A stretch of 61,821 bases of DNA, counting the filler, from Platydemus manokwari (taxonomy: Eukaryota): assembly GCA_037951405.1 (NCBI GenBank). It is 6 parts of 6 records of this genome, joined end to end, with 100 filler letters (N's around TTAATTAATTAA, not from the genome) between each part and the next. Parts side by side here need not be neighbours in the genome. Positions count along the whole stretch, not along the records: positions 38,700 to 51,354 come from JBBMOY010028902.1; positions 51,455 to 61,821 come from JBBMOY011130552.1; 4 more parts are not named here. One strand, 5' to 3'. Shown one piece after another: positions 42,446 to 53,320 of the stretch. The notes under the pieces are model-generated. The model was not told where the DNA came from. It worked only from the letters and a program-made list of their open reading frames with translations, and did not search any database. Position numbers and translations under genes: made by a program. Within the stretch, counting starts at the first letter, position 1. The number at the start of each line of letters is the position of its first letter.

Positions 42446-42583
42446 ATGATTTCGGTAATTTAAATATTTGGCTTCATTTTAATATTGCCTGATTTGCTGA
42501 ATGGATCACGTCCTAAAGATTTTGATTGTGTTACACAATGACCCGATTACGAAAATTATTGTGGAAAAAGGGAAAGAGTATAA
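42446..42583 (+). pseudogene. Six-cysteine peptide pseudogene (copy B+), paralog of 38793-38987
   Basis: MISVI*IFGFILILPDLLNGSRPKDFDCVTQ*PDYENYCGKRERV*. The second Cys codon is TGT>TGA, the putative acceptor AG is AA, and the C-terminal half is missing. Confidence 0.85.
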
Positions 42584-43466
42584 ATATGAAATTTTGTACT
42601 CTACGCATTAACAAATTCTACATAAATTTACTTAAACTTAAACAACTCGAAATTTTTTTATTTTTATTTCGATAACGCTATATTCATCTCATATTAATTA
42701 AAGGACATGTCCGATTTTCAGAATATAATGTATCCAATAAGAATTTATTTGAAATATAATTAAAAATTATAATTAAACAATGAATTTCTATTGAATTTTG
42801 TTTATTAAAATGACGATATATGTATTTAAAATTATTGATTAGTATGAAATTATTGATTGATGAATGAAATGATTAAAGTAATTAATATTATGTCATAATC
42901 AATATACTTAATTCAGATATTGAAGCCTTATTTATTTCACACTGAAATACCAATTTTAACAAAATTATGTGTTCAATTATTGATTATTGATTAAATTATT
43001 TTAAATTAAGAGTTTTTATGGGATACACAAAGTCTTAATATATAAAAATATTGAATTAAAAAATTCAAATTTCTGACATAAAAGTATTCGACAATCTCGC
43101 TTATAATGGTGGAATGAGGTCCATATTGATTTATAATAATGCCAAATTTCAAAATACGAAAGAAGTCAGATGAAACATATTTTCAACGAATTATTGTTTT
43201 GTATAAAACTTTGATCTCTAGATAAACTCTTATTAGTCGTTAACGAAAGTACGTATTGAATTTCACTCTATATTTTCGATAGTCACACGCCATATGTGGT
43301 TCCAAGTAATTTATTTTATTTTCATTTGATTTCTTAATAAAATATTTTTTAATTTCAGGGTATCGATACAATGAATAAAACTTTTTTTTACGTGATATAA
43401 AATCTATTGTATATTGTAAGTTAAAAAATAAATTTTATAAATCAAGTGAAATTGATTCTAATTTAT

Positions 43467-43655
43467 TTAGTCATTACATTTGTTAAGGCATGTATCATTA
43501 TTAGGATTGCATCCAAAATGTAATGCAAAATTACGCATTGGAGTATATCCGCAGTATTTTGAAGCATTGGGACAAAGAATTCTGCAATCATTCTTGGTAT
43601 CCTGAGAACAAGAAATAATACACATCATAGTAAAAATTATCAATATTTTTGACAT
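43467..43655 (-). CDS. Small secreted six-cysteine peptide (copy B-), 62 aa, intact
   Basis: MSKILIIFTMMCIISCS|QDTKNDCRILCPNASKYCGYTPMRNFALHFGCNPNNDTCLNKCND*: signal-peptide-like N-terminus, mature C-x3-C-x6-C-x13-C-x6-C-x3-C, AATAAA overlapping the stop, and three paralogs nearby. Confidence 0.82.
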   Translation of the reverse strand: MSKILIIFTMMCIISCSQDTKNDCRILCPNASKYCGYTPMRNFALHFGCNPNNDTCLNKCND

Positions 43656-44529
43656 ATTCTAAAATAAATTATAATTACAATAAATTATGACTAATAAGAT
43701 GAAATAAGTGTTTTATTTGATTAAAATTTAAACAAATACTTATAAGCTTAAATCATCTCCTTAAATAATACACAGATGATATGTATCAATATGATTTATC
43801 GACTACTTTGGGTACATCATTTATAAGTTCGAGCAATAGACATTGTGAAATATGAAAATTCATTGTACTTCTAAAATCATCTCTTATGTTACCTTTACCT
43901 TCATAATGCAGATAATATCAAAATATATTAAAGAACAAGAGCATTCAATTTCATTAAGCTCGAATAATGACTAAAAGTTAATAATAAAGATATTCAATAA
44001 TGATCTAAACATATTTACGCCTACAATCCCGTAATTTGATTTAAAAATTCTAATTTCCCAGAATGAAAGTAAATAAGGAAGGCCTTATAATAGGTTCTAT
44101 TGAAACAATTAAGAATTTTAAAAGTCTTTGTTTTATAAAATTTATTGTTTTATTGATATTATTTGTGTTTGGTATCACTATGGTCCATTAATCGAAATGT
44201 GTTTTTTAAAAACCACAGATGTAATGAACCTTATGAAAAGGAATACTAAATAAATCAGAGCCTATTTAAAAAATATGATTATCGAATCTGCATCTTCTTT
44301 CGTGATTTCATTTAGTTTGTCAACATTAATAAAATTATAGTAGGTTCATTTAGATAAGAGACGTGTATAATTTCATTAAATTAAGAAGCCATGAATATAG
44401 AAGTACCTTGTTTTAAAAAACATTCGTGTATAAAGTTCAAAAATAAAATCATTGTTGAGGCATTGTGAGTTCAACCAAAATGGTCATGTAAGAGTTTAAG
44501 AAAATTGAACAAGGTCAAGATAACGCTGA

Positions 44530-45115
44530 GTTTAGAAAATGCCAGGGTATGGCCTTTAAGAACAAGAACAAAGTTAGCCCGACGAATCCCTGAGTTTTGA
44601 GAAGAAAAAGTCTTATCTTTTCACAAATTTTTATATCAATACGGTGTTTTGACCTGTATGGCTGATGGCACCAAAATGCCTCCACTATTAATCTTCAAAC
44701 GTAAAACCCTGTCTAAAGACAAAATCCCTCCTGGAGTATTGATTTATGTTCATTCAAAAGGATAGATGGACTAGCAAGGCATAGAATTATGGTTTGTTAA
44801 AGTACGGTCTAGTCGTCTTGGAAGCCTGTTGAAGAAGAAATCTCTTTTGGTTTTTGATCAGTATAGAGAGCATTTGACTAAAAATGTAAATAAAAAGCTA
44901 AAGAACTCAGAACTATTTATTCCAAGTGGTCTCACAAACCATTCGCAACATCTTGATATTATTATCAAATGAATTAGTGAATCTGACTTAATCTCTTGAA
45001 GAAGACGAAAACCTCGCAATTCTGGTAATTGGTGAAAGCTTCATGGTATCATCAAATCATTTAAGAAAACCGATATTTGTAATGACTTTGATGGCTCTGA
45101 GTATGATGTTTTCTT
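44530..45115 (+). mobile_element. pogo-family (DDE_1) transposase remnant
   Basis: LRTRTKLARRIP..EEKVLSFHKF; LTCMADGTKMPPLLIFKRKT; KG*MD; SLLVFDQYREH; IPSGLT..QHLD; IKSFKK..I.NDFDGSE; contains stops and deletions. Confidence 0.88.
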
Positions 45116-46649
45116 TCAAAAAAGGATTCAAAAAAGTATTCAGATGATGAGAAAATTGAATACTTAGCTACAAAACTGGTTAATCAACTTGGTGAAAATT
45201 TAAAAAAATTATTTTTTTTCATTTAATAAAGAAACTTTAAATTATCTAACTTTAAATAAAAATGATTTTGATACATTTTCTTATTAGATCTAAAGATAAA
45301 GATATGAATAATTCATTAAATTCAATGAAACAGTTTGCTGATATTCTTTCTGTTTTCTTTGTGTAAGTCAAAAGATTAAAGAGATTTTGTGCTAAGAGAT
45401 ACCATAATACAAAATTAACTGAGATAGTAAATCAATACACTATTTTTAAACCCTGAAGTAATACTCATGACATTTAAAATTAAATACAATCGCAAAGCGG
45501 ATAAAATATTTATTTTATATTTTTAAAGATTCTATTTTGTCATAATTCTAGTTGTTTTTTTAGACTATTTATTTATTTGAGAAAAGCAGTGCAGAGTATA
45601 TTTTAACGCTTATATGTATTTTATATTGATTTGATTGAATCAGTTTAACAAAGCATGCCCTGCATTTGCTAATAAAAAATATATTACAGAAAAAAAGATG
45701 GAGGGTAAATCGATTGTTTTCCTCAGATTATTTAAAATACATGTATTATAAATAATTGAAATATCAACATAGATTTCATGGATATCATTTAAAAAGTATT
45801 TACTTGGTTCAATCAATCAGTTTTTTTAAAATGTGCTAATCATAATAATCATAAATATGATAAAAATATTATTACAATGACGTAAAACCATTACAACTTA
45901 AAAACTTTCAAAATTTAAATTCTCACCTTCCCAATCATAATTTTAGTCTTGATATTGATTGGAACAACTAAATGAACAAAATCAATTTATCAACATGGTA
46001 TTATGTTATAGTGATTTACATATGCAAATTATAACGCAACTTGCACCGAGGAGATTATCATAAAACTAGGAAATTGTTAACAATCTTAAATTCCTTTTTT
46101 TAATATTATAATACCAATGACATTAATCAGATCCAATGTAAATAATATTACAGATGCGATAATGAAATATTTTTATTTAATACAACGGAATGACATTGGA
46201 AAATGTTTTATGTAGATTTTAGCAACATAAACGACAACGTTCACAATTTTCTTAACGTTAATCTATTGCTTTAATGAATATAAATATGATTTAGATTTTA
46301 TAACTTTATTTAGGATTTTGAATTTTTTTTATTACATAATTTATAATCAACCTGAACCATTTTATAAATAATATTATTTTGAATTAATTTTTGCTAAAAG
46401 ATATTTACAACAATATGTCAAAAAAACCATTTCACCCTGTTTATTTTGTTTTATTATTTATTATATTATTAAAGCATCCAACTTGCTAAATTTACGCATT
46501 TCTTTGAACATATCTTATCATTCACCTAAATGTCTGCTTGCAGAAAATGGTTAACAAATTCAATAACAAATAATTTTATCCAATGAAATATTTAAATAAA
46601 TAAAGTATTTTTTAAATCAAAAATACATTTAATAAAATTAAAAAAAATT

Positions 46650-46950
46650 AAATATCAACACACTCAAGTGTATATTTCATTTGGTTTCAGGGTGTACTCT
46701 CTGCAATTAATAATATAATCTGAAAATTTACAACATGTTTAGACGCATTTCGCTTTTAGAAAGGTTTATATTAGTCTGGACTTCTTTCTAATATTTAAAC
46801 TTAGGCATTTCATAAATCATTTTGGAATTCATTTCCAATTATAAGCGAGATTGTTGAAAATATTATTTATGCATTGTTTATTTCAAAATTTTATAAATTG
46901 GGACTTAACGTTTTCAATCAAAAACTCTATTTTTAAAATATTCCAATAAT
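46650..46950 (-). repeat. Inverted copy of the 41590-41890 repeat
   Basis: Direct reverse-complement match over ~300 bp. Confidence 0.85.
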
Positions 46951-47049
46951 TTATCAATATTGAAAAACGGGATTTTTTAAAATGTTTTATTTTTAAAAAA
47001 TTAACAATAAAAAAATTTATTTTGATCACTGTAAGACTCGTGATTTTTA

Positions 47050-47530
47050 TTTTGAATTCAGGGGGACTGTATCGACTTACCCAAATTTTTTCGATTGTTG
47101 AGACCACTGATTCTGCTGTGATGTCGGTAGAGGGATTCCCTTGGGCCAGGAGGTGTGTGTATCAATTAAAGTGAGAATAAATCGTATATTGTTACTTGAC
47201 GGAAGCTGTCCAACAATATCCAAGTGCATTACTCGGAATCTACCTCTATCACGTAATTGACCAAATTTAGATTTTGTATGCCTGATAATTTTTTGAGACT
47301 GGCATAGGTGACATTGTCAGGTCTACTCTCGAATTTCATCTCTCTTTCCGGGCCAAACTTATCGTGATGTATGTAAATCAATGGTTTTATTTGCTCAAAG
47401 GTTGGCAATTCCGTGCAGTCTTTTAAATTCCATCATGCGATAAGGAGGTGGAAGAATAATGCGCTCTGTTCCATTGAGGATATCCACATTTATTCCATTC
47501 CTGATCACTTTGGAATTGACTTGTGGGAAG
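47050..47530 (-). pseudogene. Ty3/gypsy integrase remnant (HHCC zinc finger and start of the rve core)
   Basis: RIILPPPYRMMEFKRLHGIA; SR*VWPGKRDEIRE*T*QCHLCQSQKIIRH; RFRVMHLDIVGQLPSS..RFILTLIDTHTSWP; DITAESVVSTIEKIWVSRYSPP. Confidence 0.85.
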
Positions 47531-47591
47531 GTTTTCAGTTGATCGATGGCCACCATCCTGGTGGTGGGTAATTTTCAGTCTGTTGGATTGT

Positions 47592-48146
47592 TCAAGTTGG
47601 AGATATTTGTGCTAATCTGTCAGCTATTTGACTTAGCTCTGTGGTAGGTTTGTCATCGTGTGCCACGAGGTGTTTTTGGATGTGAAATGGCATGCTTCCT
47701 ATAAACGCCGTTCGAAGAATATTGGAATTCACATCGACACCGTTTGGATCGATGGCTTTGTGATGTCTGAGAAGAATTTTTAGATGGTCTGATGGGCGTC
47801 GATCTCCGATGTTTTCCTTGGAGAAGAGTCGTTCGATGTGAACCGATGTCGGGATGCTCCTGCTGTTGATAATGGCCGATCGAATATCAGAGTAAGGAGT
47901 GGGTGATCCAGATCCAAGAATTTCGCGAAATTCTGAGAGGGTCTCGGAGGGAAGATTGGCAACAATGTGCAAGTATTTCGTTTCTTTTTTTGTGATCCCT
48001 GATATCCGGAAGATGGTGTCTGCTTGCTGGAACCAGATGTCGGGACAGTCAAAATACCGTGGAAATTTGACGGCTACATGGTTGCATTCTAGCAAACCGC
48101 TTCTGACACCAATGTAAGACTCGACATTTTTATCTAAGTTGGGCAT
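47592..48146 (-). mobile_element. Ty3/gypsy Gag-like ORF, 184 aa
   Basis: VKFPRYF.CPDIWFQQAD..F...GI.....KY, YSDIRSAII, IGDRRPSDHL and LRTAFIGSMP...ELSQIADRL match the VKLPPFW/GDRKPS/LA..AD gag pattern; integrase lies directly downstream. Confidence 0.85.
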
Positions 48147-49619
48147 AAAGACAGAAGACGAGATTTACACTTTGAAAGTAATTTTAAATTTTATTAACAT
48201 TTGATTTAAACAAATGTGATTTTTAATTAAATATAATTATTATTATATTTTACTGTTACAATTATTATTATCATTATTATTATTATTATTATTATCATTA
48301 TTATTTTATTGTTATTATTTTTACTCTTATGTGAAAAATGTATGATTATAACTACTGATCGACACGATAAACAAACACAAAAACCTGAGTAATGAATGAG
48401 AATTTATAACACCAGAAATTGGACCAATTCTGGTATATGAGCAGTGACCAAAACTAATTAAATCACCACATAGAAACATATCGAAAAATAACTCAAGAAT
48501 TAATTTTAAGTATTATTATCAAAAGTCCAAAGAAAATAAAAAAAGGTAAAATATTTTGTTATGTTTCGGATGTTTTGTTTATATACTGATTACCGAGCCA
48601 AAGTAAAATAACAGGTGATTGTTAAAAATACGGGTTGCATTTCCTGTTTACTTGTTATAATTATCCTACAACCACGGGTTGAATAGAAATAATATTCTCG
48701 ACACATTGTTGCTATGAGGGTATTATTCTTTTTATTATTCTCGGGATTATGGGTTGAATTTAAGATTCATTATTAATATTTTCAGTAGGCTATTAAATGC
48801 AGTGTTAATTATCATTAAGCCTATTTATTGGTAAACTAAAAATTTCATTAAATTACCATTAATTTAAATGGTAATGAAACTTATTATTAAAATTATTATT
48901 ATTATAGCCAGAATTATTATTATTTTCCACTTGGGCCTTTGTTAATCCCGTTTAAGGATTACTATTATTTAAACTTCAAGTTCAGAATTTGTTGCACATA
49001 AAAAATAAAGAATTAAATACATATAAATTAATATTTACGATTCCCCACAATCATTCATTACTGATATATACCCAATTAGTACTGATATACATTAAATCGT
49101 TGAAAAATTCATACAACAATTCATGCAAGGCAAATTTCGAGCCAATCACATGATTAAATATTAATTATTATTAATATATTTTTTTAAAAAAGTAGGACAT
49201 AAATTATAAAAATAACAATAACCGAAAAAATTAATGTGTTTAAATATATCAAAAATTACATTTATTTAGGTGCTTTAAAATATAGTCAATCATGTTCAAT
49301 ATGAACACTAACGTTCCAATTTTTTCAAATGATCATATTAAAAAATAATATGAACAGTTATTAACATAGCAATATCAAAGATTTCTCTAAAAATTATTTA
49401 TTAAACCTTTTTATCACAATTTTTATTTCTTTGACACATAATAAAGTCTTTTAATTTCAATGGTCTTCGTGCTTTTTCTCCTTGAATTTCTTCAATCGAA
49501 TCCTATATTTTGTTCAACTTATTAGGAATATTAGTTTGGGAGTATTTTTCAAGATTTTTTGCATATTCAAAGTCTAATCCTGTTATTACTGTATCTTCTT
49601 CACCTCTTCAACAAAATTA

Positions 49620-49940
49620 TCATTTGTTTCTTTTATCAACGTCTTTTTGGTGAACAGGTGCGTTGTCTAACAATAATGCAATTTTCCGATCCTCTGCTTT
49701 CATTGTATTGTTTAAATCTTTTAATCAATCGTGAAAAATTACCAACCAATTGTCACTCAAGATTTTGTATTCCAACGATAATAGGTAGGCAATTTTCCCA
49801 TATCAAAATTTCTCAAACTTCGATCGGCCTATCACTAAAGGCTTTTTAATATTTCTCCTAATATGTTTGCATCCAAGATAATAGTAATTAGACCTTTAGA
49901 AAACTTACCATTTGCCTTATCCTCTTTAGAAATTGCAAAT
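49620..49940 (-). mobile_element. Tigger-like (DDE_1) transposase remnant
   Basis: GKFSKGLITIILDAN, PLVIGRS, KLPTYYRWNTKS and LKDLNNTMKAEDRKIALLLDNAPVH, with frameshifts. Confidence 0.75.
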
Positions 49941-50449
49941 GTTCTGTTTAAGAAGCATTTCCAGAACAGTCAGTTAAAAATTAAATATTTTAACCAAATT
50001 TGTATAATTTATTGATTTATTTTGCATTATTTTTTGTTCACTGTTCAAAATAAACAATGTTCGTTTTATAAAACATAATTTTCTATGAAAATCATATGAT
50101 TTCCAATAAGTTTTGACTTAAATTTTCACATTAAACTGGGTCCATATTAAACAGGGCTTATATTGAATAGGGTTGACTATAATCAAATAGCTTGTCTGAC
50201 CTCAAGGTCAAAAAATTTTATCAGAAAATATTTTTAGTAAAATTATCAAATAAAGTTATAGGTTTTTACTAAATTTAGTACTGACATGTAAACATTGCTA
50301 AGAATAATAACAAATGTAGGCAAGTTACCTAATCATACATGCAAAGGACTCTAAACAGTTTATTAACATGAAGCAATAATCATTTACCGCATAATTTCAA
50401 CGATACACAATTTTGTCACTTAAGTTTGAACGTCTAATTTTATTCTATT

Positions 50450-51105
50450 TGCGATATCCATAGAAGAAGTATTCCCAACATGTATGTACAAATAATTTGA
50501 TTGATCCAGCAGATCATCTAAAATTGAATTTTATTATTTTTGAAATCGTTCCAGCATATCAATGGTGTGCAAAAATTTTAAATTGCGCCGGCATTTTTTT
50601 ACATAAGCTTTTCATGTCTTTTAAAGAAATCAATTTTCTTATTGATATGTTCAGGACGTTTGATGTTTAGATGTCGCTTGGGCTTCGCTGGCTTTAAACT
50701 ATCATTTACCAAATTATCGAAAAGAATTGCACCAATCATCTGCTGTTCATTATTAACCATGGTAAATGAAAACCACAAATTAATAAATGTATTGTACAAT
50801 TACTTATTTTTGGATCTTCTTTTTTTTGTAAATTTTTCACAGAGCTGCTCGCATTCTCAACTTGTAATCGCAGATCTGAAGCTTAAGAATTTCTTGCATC
50901 ACTTTTTATTAACCACTTATCCATTTTCCTGGGTATGAAATTTTCATAAATCTGCCTTCTTTCAATATTATTAAAACAACAGCAATGAAATAAAGAGTTT
51001 AATTCATACAATAAATTACTTTCAACAAACCAGAAATTATAACAACCAAATTTTATTTTAAAATTACAAATTTTAGACCCCCCCTAGTTTGCTCACCCCT
51101 ACAGT
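50450..51105 (-). mobile_element. Tc1/mariner-like remnant
   Basis: SLKPAKPKRHLNIKRPEHINKKIDFFKRH resembles the Tc1 GL.ARRP.KKP.L...H...RL.FA..H motif. The minus strand at ~51105 begins TACTGTAGGGGTGAGCAAA, which is TIR-like after a TA. Confidence 0.5.
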
Positions 51106-51354
51106 ACATGACCATGAGTAAATTTTTATTTGTTTAATTTAAATTACGAAACACAGCTAGTTTTAGCCTTGTGGTCTTCTAAAATCATATAAGCACAACG
51201 ACTGATTCTCCACTGTATTTTTATTCTTATCACAATAGAATTTGTATTTACCTTGAGTATTTTAAATTATCTTATTATTAATTGATTATATTTTATTGTA
51301 TTGACTTATTTTGTTTCGATTATTTATATTTTAAATATTATTTATTATTATAAT

Positions 51355-51454
51355 NNNNNNNNNNNNNNNNNNNNNNNNNNNNNNNNNNNNNNNNNNNNTT
51401 AATTAATTAANNNNNNNNNNNNNNNNNNNNNNNNNNNNNNNNNNNNNNNNNNNN
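51355..51454. other. Artificial assembly spacer
   Basis: N44-TTAATTAATTAA-N44. Confidence 0.97.
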
Positions 51455-52439
51455 ATTGTACAAGATTTTCTTTAATAAACACTCAATTGTTCTAAAAAAA
51501 TTCCGGTTTTTAAGTTATAGACCCAATATATATATATATATATATAACAGTAGATAATCTTATTTGGTTGCATTAATTCATCACAAACCAAATTTACATT
51601 AAAAAGTAAAATTAATTTGAAACTGCAAACCATTGAAGTTGTTGATGAAAGAAAATCATCAATTTGTCAAATCGGTTTTCGAAAACAATTAAATTTTTTG
51701 TTGAATTAAAAAAAAGCAAAAAAATTAAAATCAATTATTTTGAAATAATCTGTTAATTGGTTCTTATTTGCACGTTTCAAATTAGAATTCTGTGCATTCT
51801 CAGGTTTAATAACATCTTGAATTTAGTTCCTAGGTCGAGCTCATTTAATTTTTAGCAATGGTGATAACAAATACCTAATTATGTGAATTATTTTAAGGTC
51901 GAAATTTTAATAATATTAACATCAATATAGGTTTTATAGTTACTAGGGTACCACTATATTTTTGCCATTAATATGGCATACAATTTATTAAATAGATGCC
52001 TCATCGTGCTCGTTAAATATCAGTGATAAGTATTTTAATGTTTTCATAACATTGCTAGAAAGGAAACCGTGTGTTTTAATAGGTTTCAATTAAATTTTCA
52101 GTTGAATACATTTACTCTTTATGTATAATTTTGGAAAACTATAGATAGCCAGATGTTTATAAGATAAGAATATATAAATAAATTACAAACAATTTTCAAA
52201 TAAATGATTACATATAACAATCCAAATATATTAAATATTATTTTTTCATTAAAATCAGTGTTGAAAAATTTATTTCTATCGAATAGGGTCAAATGTTGAA
52301 ATAATTGTCTCCCCGGGAATCAAATCGGATAATTTCCACGTCTATGTCTTAATCTGATGAAGAGCTTCATTAAATCAATTCATCAAATTTATCGCAATGT
52401 CAAAATAATTATGATAATAAATATTTTCACAAAATGATG

Positions 52440-53320
52440 ATTTATGATTTTCTAGATTTCCACGTCTTTTACGAATGAATTACAAGCCAATCTGTATCAT
52501 TGAAACTCCATGACATATTTCTGTGTTTCTGAGCTTATTTATCTTCGTCATGAAGATTAGCTTTTAATTATTGAAACAAACGAAAAATCTTCATTTGAGA
52601 TTTTATTATTTGAATTCTGTTAATTTTATTCAGCCGATTTAAAATAGGCTTTTACTGGACGAGTGAAAACAAAATGAATTAATTTATCTCAATTTTTCGA
52701 TGAGAATACTTTCAAATGTGAATCCGCCACAAAAATCGAAATATATGCTCATATGCTGTGTTATATTTTAGTGATTTTGAATTTGACCTTTAATTATGTT
52801 GCACCCGTCAATCATTCTAGTAGGTTTATTGAATATTGCATATATTTTACCTCAAGCAAACAGGAAGTTCAACCAGCTAAGTATTTAATGAAAATATAAT
52901 CAATTATTGATAATAACTCCTCGTTAATAAAGTTTTTTATAAAGATATTTTATATTTATAATAAAATATTTAATTTATTTTTTAATAACACAAGAGAATA
53001 TAATAGCTTAAAATGTGTGTAGTAATATCGATCGCGTTTCCTTTCATACCAAATTAATTAAGAAGTTATAAGATATGGTTAATAATTAAAAAGTAGAAAA
53101 TGTGCATTTCAGATTCACTGAGTGATTGTGTTCTTCAATCGTGGTTTTTCCAACAAATCACATTCATTTGTATTAGAACCTGCAATTCAGTTTTGGCTGC
53201 TTTTTGTAAATTATGGATTATTTATGCAATTTCAATTTCGTCAATCCAATTCTATCTCATTGGTGAAAACAATATTAAGAACAAAATATTGCAAATTTGT
53301 TATGGGTGATTTTTAAAATT
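52440..53320 (-). mobile_element. Possible MULE transposase remnant
   Basis: Fragments KLNCRF...IEEHNH (FAR1/WRKY-like zinc ribbon) and MIDG; highly degraded. Confidence 0.25.

Larger units (their letters stand above)
42391..43700 (+). repeat. Segmental duplication unit B (peptide-pair cassette)
   Basis: Colinear with 38720-40260; it lacks sequence matching roughly 38900-39260 of unit A. Confidence 0.9.

Noticed and set aside
47350-47380. YIHHDKFGP as a gag zinc knuckle
   Set aside because: Another frame gives the integrase motif SR*VWPG...CHLCQ, which fits the flanking motifs.
10197-51454. Five regularly spaced TTAATTAATTAA palindromes
   Set aside because: Each is centred in exactly 44+44 N, so these are artificial six-frame-stop scaffold linkers and not biology.
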